A DNA stretch of 64,000 nucleotides, taken from positions 124,001 through 188,000 of the forward strand of contig CT868058.1 in the NCBI GenBank assembly GCA_000165425.1. The letters run 5' to 3'. The notes under the pieces were generated by a model. That model saw nothing but the letters and a program-made list of their open reading frames with translations, had not been told where the DNA came from and searched no databases. Source of the DNA: Paramecium tetraurelia. Lineage: Eukaryota. Below, piece after piece: positions 27,968 through 42,081 of this stretch; within the stretch, counting starts at the first letter, position 1, and each line of letters begins with the position of its first letter. Made by a program: the position numbers and the translations under genes.

Positions 27968-30900
27968 ATGATTCAACAGATTTCAATCCAAATTTACATA
28001 GCTCTTATGTTGTTACAACATCTGATTATAGGGGAGTGCGCTTCCGTATGTCCTTTTACTAACTACAAAAATGCTCTTTTGGTCATTGACTCATCTACCC
28101 AAAGCTACACCGAATCCATTAATGATAGTGAAAACTATGATACTTTTGGATTTGCATTCTGGAGTATCAGTATTCCATTGCTTGAGAAGCTTGAAACTGC
28201 AAATAGAGATGGGCCGTTTAAGAATGATGTGTCAGAAGATGGACAACTGTTATTTTTTGTCAAAGATTCATCGACTACCTCAAACTTTATTTACGGTTTT
28301 AAATCCTACGACTATTTAAACAGGCAGGTCAAGCACACCATTAAATTCATTAATCAAGATATTAGCCAAAAATTTATATTCTCATTTGGATCATTAGAAT
28401 ACGAAGGAATCTGGATTTACCATCAAGTTTTATTGTAGCCAGCTTTAAACAAAATTATTGTTGAAATGAGTAACTAAGAAAAACAATAAGCAAATTTTGA
28501 TTTATAAAATCAATTGAGTTTATAAATCAGTATCGGAGGAAGAGGATATGTAATTAATCATATAATCAAATTAGATTGATTCGTTGAACCTCAACTCGTT
28601 TAGAGGAAAATAATCGAAGTTAATTTATCTGCCCAAATTTGCTTATTCAACAAATACTTTTTCATAGTAAGTGTAAACTTGCAAGATACCACCAATGGTT
28701 ACTGGAGAATAAACCATCAATATCATCTCTGGATTAAGGTTATTTGAAGGAAATTAAGTGCTATAGCAATTCTTAGATCTTTATGGAAATAGGTACTGCA
28801 TTTAGGGATGGGTTAAATATTTATTACCAAAAGTGGACGAACAAAGTTATACGCTATTGAAGTTGTCAGGCTAATCCAACTTTGAGAAAGAAATTACACT
28901 AGGAGATGAGCTGTTCCGAGTAGAAAGTTTCATTTCAAAGAAGAATCCTAAATCCACATCATTAATTATAAATGCTGATGCTTATGGTATGCCTGTGAAG
29001 TAGTCATTCCAATCACAATATGATCTATTATTCTAAGGATCCGGAAATCCAGACTACAGCGTATTATAAGCGAAAAGAACTTATCAAGATCTCAATACAT
29101 AACTATATTTTGAAGGATTGTAACAATGGCATTATATTTAATATGAATATGGAAGAAGTAATATTGATTAAAGGATGTTATTGTAGATTTAATTTTCAAA
29201 TGATTTAGGAAAGCTATACGAAAATCTTGGAAACCATATTTTTAGTGGCTCTTTTACAAATGCTAGACTTAATTTATTTTTTGGTGGAGACACTACTAAT
29301 TCAAATACCAATCATGAATTTATTGAAGCTTATATATATGATTTCAAAATGCAATTTAACTATGCCGAAGATAAACTATTTAACCTAAGTAACTATTAAC
29401 ATTATGCTAGATTGCCATTATACTTGTAAGACATGTGAAGGACCATTAATATCGAATTGTTTAACATGCGATGCTAATTCCAATAGATTTTATCAAGTTG
29501 AATTAAAAATGTGCAAATGCAATTCTGGTTATCTAGATAAGGGTATCCCTATTTGTGACAATAAATTTTATTCATCAGTTCAATAAGAAGAATAGCCAAT
29601 TGATTTAGAAGTGCCATGTCCAATTGGGTATTTTAGATTACCCAAAGATGATGGGAGTGGATATGATTGTCTATTATGGTATTTCTAATGAATATTACAT
29701 TTAGTCCTTAAATGAAAAATTTCTTTGGAGTGCTGTGTGCGGATTGCTACTTCTATCCTTTAACTTTTTATTTGGAACCTGTGTGCACTATGGATTTTTT
29801 CACAATCAAACAATTAAATGATTATGAGGCATACCATTTAATAAAGAGGACTGAAGCTCAAAACGATGCTTATTCTATAGAATCTGATAGAGCATTGCAC
29901 CTAAATCCTGAAATAGCATATTATTGTTATATTGATTCTTGCTTGCCGTAGGTTAAATACCATCTTGGTAAGCCTATAACGGCTGAATGCAAACCAAGTT
30001 ACTACTATCACGACGAGGTGCAACTCTGTTTAAATCCAGGCATTGCTAATTGTTTAAAAGTCAATATAATACCTGGATGTAGTCTATGTGCTCAAGGTTA
30101 TTACCTTGTTAATTATAATACTTGCGGCAGATGCCCTACTAATTGTTATGCTTGTATTTCTGATTGTTATGATTGTTCTGGTAATAGAGGTGCGATATGT
30201 AACACTTGTATATAATATTACAACCTGTAATAAGGAGTATGTAAACAATGTGGACTTCGCTGTGATTTTTGCAAAGACTATTATGATTAGTATTTGGGAA
30301 AAAACTATCTAAAATGTTTAAAATGTATTGACGACTCTTTGTACTCATTTTCTTTTGATGGTATTAATTGCATATCAAATGTAATTCCTAATTGCGTTCA
30401 TTCATTTTCTGCACTTATAGATGATTACACAATAAATACTCTTGATATCTATTTCGTACCTTAATTCGATTAAAGCAAGATCGAATTATTATGCGCAAAG
30501 TGCTAGCCAAACTATGTTTTCGTATTTGAAACTAAATCCTGTGTTTTTAATAATATTAACAACCAATGCGATATTGGTATTGGTTCACTAAAATCAAGTG
30601 ATCAATCATTAGAAAGTGTCACTTGCCTCAAATCATATTATTATGAAAACCAAATTGTTGAATTTATGGAAAAATGCGAAAACTTAGTTAATGATTGTTA
30701 AGTCTGCCTTGAAACTAACATTCAAAATTATTACACCTGTTTGGAATGTTAAAATGGATATTATGCAGAATATATAAGTAATCGATGTGTTTAATGTCCA
30801 AGTCAGCTTAATTGTATTTCATGTTACTCTCAACATTCAGTCTCAAAAGATCATTGGAAGAAAGATGTTAGGGCATTTTATAAAAAGTATATTGAAATCA

Positions 30901-33900
30901 AAAACACACATTAATATATCCTCAATGCATAGAGTTAGAATGTCAGTGATTATGAAGTAGTTTGTTCAGTCTGTTAAGATGGGTATAGGTTATATAAGAA
31001 TAAATGCATTAAATATTGTTCTGATACCTGTGCAGAATGCTTATTTAAGGATGATCAGTATTATTGTGTTAGGTGCTAAAACGATCAAAAAGGAAGAAAA
31101 CAATCTACTTACCTTAATGAATGCATAGAATGTCCAGAAGACTGTGCCTTATGTAGGCCGAGAACAAGCGATGAGATCTTATAGATCAATCCTTTATTTA
31201 ATAGCACTAAATATGCAAAATACTCTCATTAGTGCATCTTAAGCTTTCAAGATTAAGACTATAGTTATGATGAAGATATTGGTGTTTTTATTCATTGCGA
31301 ATCACCTTCTCCTGGGGGCTGTTATAAGTAGTTGGTTATCCGCATGAATGCCTATGGAGACGCAACTAAATACTATCAAGATTACAATACATTAACTGAT
31401 GAAGAAAGCAGGTTATAATTTAGAAGGGAAAACTTTTAATTAAATAATTTTTTTGTCTTAAATTAAACATTTGGTGAAGTATTATTATTGTCTATATTTA
31501 GTATCAAAATGATGAATTTTACTCCTTAGCCAATGCTAACCATGTTAAGTCAATTTTGATTTAAATAACTTCTGCTTACACATTCAATTTCAGGTCCTCT
31601 TACCTGGAAGTAAGCGTAATCAGACAAGTGTTCTCCTAAAGTATATTTTCGCTGATGTATTACTTTTTATTATTTCAAGCAATGTGGAACTTGAATTTAA
31701 TTTCCATGAAGGTTCTACTTTGACTTTAACAAGAGATATGAGTATTTCATTTTTAAACTTCAATAAAGTCACTATTAAGAATCTCAAAATCATTGAATGC
31801 GCTTATTGTGAAAATGACAGATTCTTATTCAACAGTGTATTTCCTTAAACGGTCGTACTAAATAATATATATATTGATCACACCTCTCAGTATAGTGGCA
31901 GCCCCTTAATTTTTTCATTACAAAATATCTCTAAGTTTTATTTAGATGGTTTTACTATTGAAGGAATAAATAATGACGGCCCTTCATACATATTTGTACT
32001 AGAAAGTACAACCTTTTCGAAATAGATAGCCATAAAGAATTTCAAAATTTTTAATACTTAAATTAAAGATAGCAGAATACTTGAATTAAATTTAAGAAGT
32101 GATGATTAAGTATCCTTTGAAAATTTCAATATATCTGGTATTTATGAATTAGTAAATCTCATCAAAATTAATTCAGAAGATTTCAAAGGTGGTTAGATTA
32201 CTATGAACAATATACTCATAACTGCCAACATTACTAATTCTCGTGAATTTATACATTTTGAAACGGCTAGCTCTCTATCCATATCAAATTTTGTACTCTA
32301 TACATCCGTTCTTGGATAATCAGTGCTAATTTTGCTCAATCACGTTGCCAAATTAGAAAATATGAATTTCACAGAGAATCAGATTATGGACAATTCAGTT
32401 TTACTTTACAACTCCAATCTAAGGAATAATTAAATAAAATTAATCTATTAACTCAATAACATTAAATTTGAAAATAATAAGTACAATAGTGTAATTAAAT
32501 TTATTTATTTTCAAAAATACTCAAGTCTAGACCAAACTATACAGATCAGTCAATTAAGTTAACTCAATAACCAATTAATAGATGCCACCTTAACTTACAA
32601 TATGAAACTAGAGACCTCATCCCTAATACTCATTTAATTCAATTAAGTTCAAGTTTCTGACTTTCTCATTAATAGAGGGTATGGATTTAATGATATCACT
32701 ATCACTGAGTGTTTAACCCTATCAATTCAAAATGGGATTATAATACAAAATAAATTTAACTTTCTAGGATTGCATAAGTATTTGCCCTGCTAATTATTAT
32801 ATGTGGATGGATAGTATTTCTCAATCTCGCTGAATATAATATCTTCTAAAGATATTAGGATGCAAAACCTCACATTCTCTAAAGTAGAGTCATACAATTT
32901 TCCATATATTTCAATCATTTTAACTGATATTTTGAAGGATATAGATGATTCAAATATTGTTCTAAAGGACATAGTCTTTTCGGAAAGCCTTATTTTATTA
33001 TCAGATCCCATCTTCCAGACTGCCTTAATTGGTATTTAATCCTCCTAAGAAACTGTCATTTCGATTTACAATGTTACCTTTAAGAATAATCTCCTACATT
33101 CTTATATAGAAGAAGGGTTTATATTGGCAGCTGGATTACTTTATGTAGATTGTCCTTATTGTCAGATTAGTATCCAGCACTCAACCTTCTTGAACAATCT
33201 AGTCACCAATAGTAGTTCAAGTATTATGTACATTAAAAGTCAGCAGTTAGAAATCAGCAATTGCTTATTTGAAAATAATAATATCTTCAATTACAAAATC
33301 CTTCAACCTTATTTAATCTGGGCATTCACTCAAACTGTAACTCAAAAAGCAATCCGCTAATTCTTTAAGGTTACTTCAACAACTGGAAATGGTTAAATTA
33401 TAACTGAATAATTGAAAATTCTAAACAGCACATTTTCCAATTCTGGTGGAAAATTGGGAGGTTGTTTTTCAGTTTCTGCATTACGAACATCCAGAATTGA
33501 AATCATTAACAACGTATTCCAAAATTTTTCAACATTATTTATAACTGAAATCGAGTAAGGAGGTGTCTTCTACATAGATGGTTCGTCAACCTCATATTTG
33601 GAAATTATAATCAAAGACTTAACTGTTCGTAATGTACATTGTAGATAGTATGGAGGCTTCCTATATCTGAAATCTAACAACTCTGAAGTTCATCTTACGA
33701 TTACAGATGGAATGTTTAATGATATCTATGCGTAGTAAGGATCTGTCATTTATGCGTCATATTCTAATTTAGTAGAAGATCCATAAACAGTAAACATATA
33801 AGAAATAGAAATTATTAATTCTCAAAGTGGCTATATTAAATATCTTAATGAATTTAAAGAACTTTCTACTTAATAAGAAATAAGTAGTTTAATTAATAAT

Positions 33901-36900
33901 AGATCATCAATTTATATAGAAGATGGATCTAACATCCTAATTCAAAATATATCCGTTAATAATTTGAAGTTTGAATCTTTTCTAAACTTGGAAAGTTCAA
34001 ATTTCATATACATATCAGACATCGTTATCGAGGATAGTCAAATTAGTAATAATCTTATTAGAATGTCCTAAAATTAATGTAATCATTTATTTAAACTATT
34101 TAGATGTAAACTTAATTCGCATTTTGTTTCGATCAATAATTGTTGGATTTAAAGAGTAATCTACAGGCTGTTCAATCACACCTGACACGAATTAAATTAT
34201 TAATTATGCATGTGCAGTTGGATTTGGAGGTGCTCCTGCATATATAGAAAATGACATTGATGATGACAGTGTAGATAGAGGATTGTGCGTCAATAATATT
34301 ATTAGATTAAATTTAGACTTATCTATTTCAGGCTTAATAATTATTAATGATATAGAAGACCAAGACTACGTGAAAATAAGTTAGTTTGATTTGAGTAACA
34401 TCTCCTGTTCCAGTTGCACTAACGGAGTGCTGTATCTGCAATTTTTAAATGAAACCACATTGTAATAAACATAATTAGTCTAAAATCTCAAGGTAACTAA
34501 TTCGATTTGTGGGAACAAAGGATGTATGGTTGTTGAAAAGCTGTTAGGATAGGATGGTAGAATTCTTACTTAACAGGAGGCATTTTAATAAGAATATGAA
34601 TTATAGATTACTGATTACATTTGTGAAAATAATTTAGGATTTACTGGAACTTGTCTGATTCTGAATTCAATTTTCACTTTGATTTAAGATAGTGTGTTGT
34701 AACATAATAATGCAACATTCTAAGGAGGAGCTATTGTAGTAAAAGGGTCAGACTAAATAATCATAGAAAACTCACTTATTTAATATAATAAAGCAGAAGT
34801 GGGCGGAGGAATGTATCTCGAAAAGATATTTGCTCTAAATTATGAATTATTAAAAACGAGAGTTATTTTGAATTCTGCTAATTTTTATGGAGATAATGTA
34901 GCATCAAATCCTGAAAAGCTGGCCATATAAATCACATAAAATGAGATGCTTTAAAGTAAAATCTTAGTTGAAAATTCAACAACCAAAATAGAAGAAGTTG
35001 TTGTAAAGCCTTTCACCTCTATTAATGGAAAAAATTCTAAATTTGTTTAATTGCCCACTGGACAGTAGATATCGACGTATTAATTTTTTGATTGGAGGAA
35101 TTAAAATTATATTAATTATGATTTGATTTTTAGAATTCATGCTTAAAATAGAAAAATGCACTTGATTTAAAATTTATCTAGTACTGCTTGTACCATAAAT
35201 AGTAGAAGATATAATATTTCAGAGTAGGATGAGGATCAAGAATTTACAAACAACTTCACTAAATAAAATACTATTTTTTATAATTCTGAGACTTAAGATT
35301 ACAATTTAGATGAGCTGATTGTGTATTTTGATAACGACGTTCCTGAAGAGATTGTATTATAATTAGAATTTCAATGTGATTCAATCAAAATTCCAATATT
35401 CAATACCACCTATCCTTATTAGACTTTAAGTTTTCATAATGATTATAGTCTTAGAATCAATGTTAAGACTTTAGAATGTTAATTTGGAGAAATTAAAAAT
35501 TTAACTGACTTCTCATGTGCAATTTGCGATTCAATATAAGGTCTATTTTCTTTAACTTTAAATGCTCAAAAATGTGATATTTAAGATGATATATCAACAA
35601 TATCAGTCAGGTCAAATTAATTATAACTTAGACCTGGTTATTGGAGACCGTATTTCGATACATCAGAAATCAGCACTTGCATAAATTTACAAAGCAATTG
35701 TTTAGGAGGTTGGAAAAACGGGGATATCTCCTGTTACGTTGGTCATATAGGAGCACTTTGTGAACAATGTGACCTATACGATACGAGAGGAGACGGTTCA
35801 TTCTCAGTTGTTAGTAGATACTCTTGTGGATCATGTTAAGATAAATACGAGAATATTGCTCTTATTGCTGGCATCATTATTGTTACCCTCATATTTTTGC
35901 TTATCTCTATTAAAGGAACTTTGAATTCAATAGATGAGTTTAGCAAATTTAACCCCTTTATTAGATCCTCACACACTAAACTCAGTCCTCAATCAAGTAT
36001 TCTGATCAAAATTTTGACCAATTATTTTTAAATTATAGCAACCATTACTACCTTCTAATTACAATTACCTTAAGGATTAGTCAGTACCATTGATGGAGTA
36101 GGTAATCCTATTCAAACAGCAACTTATTCACTTGATTGCTTTTTAGTTAATTTTTCTAATATTTAAATACAATATACTAGAATGATATGGCAGATCATTT
36201 TACCAATCCTTTATATTACTCTTTTTATGGGCTTATTTTTCATTGCTTCTAAATAGCGTCTAATAGGATCGACCTTAAATTGTAGTGTAATGTCAACCAC
36301 TTTAATTTATTGCTACATTTATTTCTAACCAAATTTAATAAATGGTTTTGTCCAATTAGTGTCCTATAGAGATATATCCGGCTTTAAGTGGATCAAGGCA
36401 AACGTAGCTGATAGATACGATACTCTTAATCATTTATAATGGATGCTGAAGTTTAGCATGCCAGCTCTCATTATTTTGGCTATTCTCATACCGTGCTTCT
36501 TCTTCTATGGACTTTTCAGCAATAGAAACAATCTAACTTCCAAAAAAGAAGTAAAAATGCGTTGGGCATATCTGTACGTTGAATACAAAGATACAGTATA
36601 CTTCTGGGAATTGGTTAAAATCATTGAAAAAGAACTGATTATCCTATCACTTATATACTATGAAGACAGTATAGTCATTAAGGGTGTCTTGGTGCTTCTC
36701 ATCACTTATTTGTATTAGGAATTAAATCAAAATTATCAACCATATTCAATGATTAGAATGAATAAGTTAGACTATTATTCAGCTAATATTTGTATGATCA
36801 CTATTTGTTTAGCTATTGGAGCCTATATAGCATAGGAGGCGGAGATTAAAGAGTTGTAAATACCCTTTTTAGTGATTATGGCCCTATTAAATTTTCTATT

Positions 36901-37249
36901 CCTTCAATCCATTTTAGTATAGATTGTATCCAAATACGCATAATAATATGAAGATACTTTAGATAAAATCAAAGACTTCATTAAAAAACAATATCCAAGC
37001 TATAAGAGTTCTAAATATCTGGATAAGGTCTTGGAAAGCCGAACTGATAAAAGAAATAGAATAATGATGTTATTCCAAAAACTTAAGAAATTTGCTATTC
37101 CTTTAGGGAAACTTATGATCTAAACCAGAGAAAATTATCAAAAAACTAAACAAAAAATAAGTACGATTGAATTTCACACTAGATAAGAGACTTTGGATGT
37201 GGAAAAATCATCTTAAAAGAGATTACTTGCTCTACCAAATATAAAATGA
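27968..37249 (+). CDS. Very large (~3000 aa) surface membrane protein: signal peptide, furin-like Cys-rich repeats, Asn-rich pectin-lyase-like beta-helix, C-terminal Cys module and multi-TM domain
   Basis: CHYTCKTCEGP..NCLTCD and many CxxC repeats; NNATFQGGAI/NNKAEVGGGMY beta-helix motifs; RPGYWRP...CLGGW...GHIGALCEQCD; IKILTNYFQII and YFWELVKII TM motifs. This architecture is typical of an expanded ciliate family. Confidence 0.85.
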
Positions 37250-38017
37250 GAATTATAAAAAATTTAAAATATTTCTTTTTTTTTATATAAACCATTAAAA
37301 TATCAAATTGGAAACTTAGATCTTAAAATTCTTAAACTTATTGACTTTTTTAAATATTTTTATTAAATTTTGATGTTGTAACATTTCTCTAACACTTTAT
37401 TAAAATTGTATATTTTTACTTTGTAAATATATTAACAATTAACAATTATTATTGAATTAAATATAAAATATATATACAACACACAATTTAACATTATATT
37501 GTATCCTTATTCCTATTGTTATATATAAATAATTCATTTATAACATAAATTTGAAGCATTTTGAGTCATTGTTTTTCTAATTTAAGTGATATTTCTGTTC
37601 TATTTAATTATTAGTAACAAACAAATTGTCAAAATTTTATTGAAATAATAAAAAAGTAATATCTCATAGTCAAATATGAGAATAGTAATTTTAAATTATT
37701 ATATGAATATACATCTTGAAGTCAAAATGAAGATTTATTAATTTGTAGAAGATTATGAAAAATTTGATCATTATTATTGTTTGAGATGACCCTTTTCCTT
37801 TAACTCTACTTTTCTTCGAATACCATCTTTTTTGAATTAAATAAAAAGGAAACAGATTATTAAACCAATTGTTTAATTCAAGTAATCAAAAAACTCAAAG
37901 ACATATTTCATCATAATTCAATAAATATGTATTTTCTTTAAATAAATCTTATTAATAATAATTTTTATAATACAACATTTTTCATTATTTTTAATTATAA
38001 ATTATTTACATTAAATA

Positions 38018-39053
38018 ATGAATGATGACACATTAATAATCAGGATTACTACTTACTCTAGTATGTTTGCAGGAATCATAGGAAAGATAGCCTGTCATCC
38101 CATTGATACAATTAGAGCTAAGATACAGGTATTTTATATTCTCATTAAAAGATTAGACAAACAATGATGCTTAAGATTAAAGCTGACAAATTGATTTCAA
38201 CTTTGGTAAAGGAGACCTTAAGAACTGAGGGTCTTCGTGGACTTTACAAAGGGCTTGGAATAACGATAGTAAAAATGATAATTTCTATATAGATAGGAAC
38301 AGGACCTGCATATTCTTTATATTTAACAACTTACGAGACATCAAAGTACTTTTTAAATTAGTTGAGTGTAAATAGTGTCATTTATCTTAGTTTATGAAGG
38401 ACAGTCCCAATTTAATATCCTTTACATCTGGAATGATGGCTGAAACTATCAGTTGCATCTTCTGGTTGCCAATAGACGTGATAAAAGAGAGATTACAAGT
38501 TCAAAGCAATTTAAAGGTTTTTGATTATAAAAATACATTTGTATAATGCTGTGAATATTCTAGGATGCCATCCAAAAAATTCTAAAGTCAGAAGGAGTGG
38601 TTGGTTTATATCGAGCTTATGGAGCAACTGTAGCCTCATATGGACCCTTTAGTGCATTCTATTTTATGTTTTATGAGAAATTAAAAAGTAATTCAGTTTA
38701 TAGGAAATAAAATAGCAATTTTGGAAAATCCATTGTAACCGTCCTTTTTAGAGAGTCTTTGTCTATCGGGGATAGCAGGATCGATGGCAGGATTTATATG
38801 CAATCCAATGGATATCGTGAGACTGAGAATGCAGGTATAGAGAGCCTCATTGGCCACTCATGCAGAGACAGGCAATTTTGGATACAAGAACTTAATACAT
38901 GGAATGTACAAGGTTGTAAGCAATGAGGGGATATTGTCTTTGACAAAGGGATCGATGGCAAAAGTGTTGTACACATGCCCTAATACTGCAATTTCAATGA
39001 GTGTGGCAGAAGTAACTAGATCTTATTTTATTAATAAATACAAGAGTCATTGA
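38018..39053 (+). CDS. Mitochondrial carrier (SLC25) family protein
   Basis: Three PxD/ExxK/R repeats (HPIDTIRAKIQ, LPIDVIKERLQ, NPMDIVRLRMQ) and EGLRGLYKG; 5 introns. Confidence 0.95.
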
Positions 39054-39089
39054 ATATAATTATAAATAGCTAAAGGAATAAAATTTACA

Positions 39090-40465
39090 TCAGATTTAAT
39101 TAAAGAATTCGTGTTTTAGTAATTCTTTGGCTTCTGATCTCTGAGCTGGATCATAGGCTAGACATTGTTTTAGTAAATCTAGGAGTTAATTTTATTTGAC
39201 TAAAGATAGATAATTGCAGTTCTGTCTTACGACTGAATTCAGTTGCAATTGCTATTGTTTTTAGATGATTCTTGATGAGTAGTTTGTATAATTACTTGCT
39301 TAAATCTCTTCCTTTGACAGCAAATAAGCCATACTTGATTTAGGGTCTTCCTTATCTCATGATTTTCCCTTTATAGGATAGCCAATTAGGAACACCATGT
39401 AATATGTCAAGTATTATTGCCCCTTGATTTGTTTATAAAAATACCGTAACTCCAAACATCTATTTTTGGAGTCCCATGCATTTGAGTAAGGGCTTCAATT
39501 TAGCTGTTGTATTGATTTGAGTATTTGGTCCAATTATGCATGATATCAAGGGCTTCAGGAGCCATGTATTCAGGAGTTATCATTCCGAATTGATCCTTGT
39601 CCTCATTTGAGAATGCTGATCCAAAATCTATGATCTTGGGTATGTTATTTTCAACTAATATATTGTCTGGTTTGAGATCGAAATGAGTGACACGTTTGTC
39701 ATTGATACATGAGATTCCATTCAAAATTCCATGCATTAATTCGATGAGTTTTTGTGGATGTTCATACATGTCCAACAATTATTGAGTCTCACTTATCTAC
39801 GACATTAGATTGCTTGTACCGCATAGACTCTTTCTCCCTTGTAGAATTCGCCTTTCATGGTGTAGAGCACTTTGCTTAGTGGTTTGCCTCCCAACTCCTG
39901 TATAATCCAGGTATCTTTGTTTGAATGTTCGACTCCCATGATCTAAACTATGTTATCGGATTTGATGTAACTGAACTTTGCCTCCTTGCTCTATTGTGGT
40001 TTGGCTATTTGTTTCAATGCCACCTTCTGATTGCCTTTGGATGCCAACCAGACCAGGGCAAATCCTCCCCTGAATAAGAGTAAAATAAATGATGTACCTT
40101 CCCAAGAGTTCAAGCTTGTCGAAACCCAACAATTACCTATCTCCGTAAGTTCCTTTCTCTTCCTCTGTGAGTCCGTAATCTTTAAGCATCTTAAGGGATG
40201 GCAATCTATTAGGTTTGAGGGTGAAGCTACTGTGCTTTTATAATTTCATGACTGTGATTCCAGGGGATTAGTTTGACTCTTTTTGCACGAGGTCTATGAT
40301 TATTCGTTAGTGTAACAGCGAATCCAATCCTACAATATTGTCTATATGAAAATGGGATATAAAAGTGTGGTAATGGAGGAGGTGATATAAATACATACTG
40401 TTGGTGGAGACGGGAGTTCTTCTGGATTTCTGCGACAGTTGTCTCTAATAATGAATGGGCATCAT
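39090..40465 (-). CDS. Ser/Thr protein kinase
   Basis: RGGFALVW, VALKQ, HFDLKPDNIL, IIDFGSA, TPEYMAPE and IDVWSYG; Pro-rich N-terminus. Confidence 0.9.
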
Positions 40466-40533
40466 ATTAATTAATTATATTTATACTCTTAACCAATTAT
40501 TGATAATGCATAATTATTTATATAATATTTGAA

Positions 40534-41003
40534 ATGTAGGAGTGGCCTAAGAAATTGTTTCTTGCTATTGCATTCGTCTCTTGCTTCACCTGTTATGCAA
40601 GACCAGACTACAATCTCCCGCTATTCGCCTTTGCATATTTGCTTTGGGACATAGACAGACCTGTAAGTGAATCATCTAAGTCAATTTAGGTATCGCAAAA
40701 GATTAGATTAATTTACCTATTTGTTTATTCGTGGATTATTGATTTCGTTTGGCTTGTTTATTGGGGTCCATTTTGGAATTCATCCACTTTCAGTCATAAT
40801 TGGGCTGATGGAATTTAAACCTTTGTGTTAGTGTTGTCCGTTATCAACTTTATCTTGAAAGTAGAAATTGAATTAATATTGTGTAGTTGGGTACAATTGT
40901 AGTGTGCATTTTGGCAGAGAAAGAATGCAAAGATGCATTACATCCTGAAAATGCAATGGGACATGCGAAGAACATCTTTAATAGTGATGGTTAGCATTAA
41001 TGA
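40534..41003 (+). CDS. Small 3-4 TM protein, possibly AGTRAP-like
   Basis: MQEWPKKLFLAIAFVSCFTCYARPDYNLPLFAFAYLLW...IIDFVWLVYW...FVLVLSVINFILK; 2 introns. The family call is from pattern resemblance only. Confidence 0.6.
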
Positions 41004-41048
41004 ATTACTTAAATTTTTTAAAAAAAAATTAATATCTATTTTAAATTA

Positions 41049-41548
41049 ATGTCTTAATCAGTGCTTTGGGAAGTAGTTAAGGGCAACAATGGTCATTTTT
41101 TGGTCAAGAGAAACGGATTGACCCTCTCAACCGATCCATTCAATAACACCGGAGTTTAAACATACAGCAGCACAGGTACAGAGGCAATATTAATATCAAA
41201 AGGATTCATTACATAAAATGCTATTGGAGTAGTACCAACATAAGCAAAGGCTAATTAAATCAACAATGTGAATTTGGTTGCCAGAAAGAGCACCAAATTC
41301 CAATAGGCTGACAGAAAGACCAAGAATACTCAATCAGTTTATGCTTCAACCTTGAGTGTCAAACACGGAATTCACATCAGCCTCAAGAGTATGTCATCTC
41401 TTATCAACCCTAGGTAATCAGAAAGAGATTCGGCACAAGAAGACTCGGATTGTAGAAGGCAGCTCTCAGAAAATTGGTTAAGTTGAACAGAGCCAATGCT
41501 GTCAGAAGAAGAAATGAAATTGCTGCAACTAAGGCATAAAAGAAATGA
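41049..41548 (+). CDS. RPL28: 60S ribosomal protein L28 (eL28), with an apparent +1 frameshift near 41376
   Basis: MSQSVLWEVVKGNNGHFLVKRNG.LSTDPFNNTG at the N-terminus. The conserved C-terminus RRLGLQKAALRKLVKL is one base out of frame after canonical splicing. Confidence 0.88.
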
Positions 41549-41708
41549 TTTGCATTATCAAACGATGTACAATAAATATATATAAATAAATAATATTATT
41601 ATATAAATGGGAACTATTCTCACAAATAAATATAAAAGGATAATATTTATTAATAATCACATCATAATACATTGATATCTTATTACATGATTTTTAATTT
41701 AAATTAAT

Positions 41709-42032
41709 ATGAAATAAGAAAGAGTTGCACCTAAGCCTTAGTTCGGGATTTTAAAGCAGCAATAACCATCCTTTCCAGATGATGTATTGTCATATAACAG
41801 CAGCAAATCGATGAAGCTATCAAACGATGCAACACTTAAAGTTCGTTATGATCGATTTGGAAATGTCATCGATAAGGCAAGACGAGATCATTAGATCTCC
41901 TTTAGAGATAGAGTTACAAAACAATAAAAGGTCTATGACTTATTCTTGTTTGATTTGTTTAAAGTTGAATAGTTGTAAATTGAGAATCGGAAAAAATAAT
42001 AAAATAAGGGTTGGTGTTGCTCGATTTAATGA
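41709..42032 (+). CDS. 107-aa protein with GILK, DRFGNVI..HQISFRD and C-terminal CCSIQ (CaaX-type) motifs
   Basis: Intronless ciliate-code ORF MKQERVAPKPQFGILKQ...GWCCSIQ-TGA. Confidence 0.75.
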
Positions 42033-42081
42033 AATGAATTATTTAATATTTTATGTAAATGTGTACTATACTTTAGAATTA

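Noticed and set aside
37250..38017. 770-bp extremely AT-rich spacer as a retained IES or mobile element
   Set aside because: No terminal inverted repeats, transposase remnants or interrupted gene; TA boundaries alone are uninformative in such AT-rich DNA.
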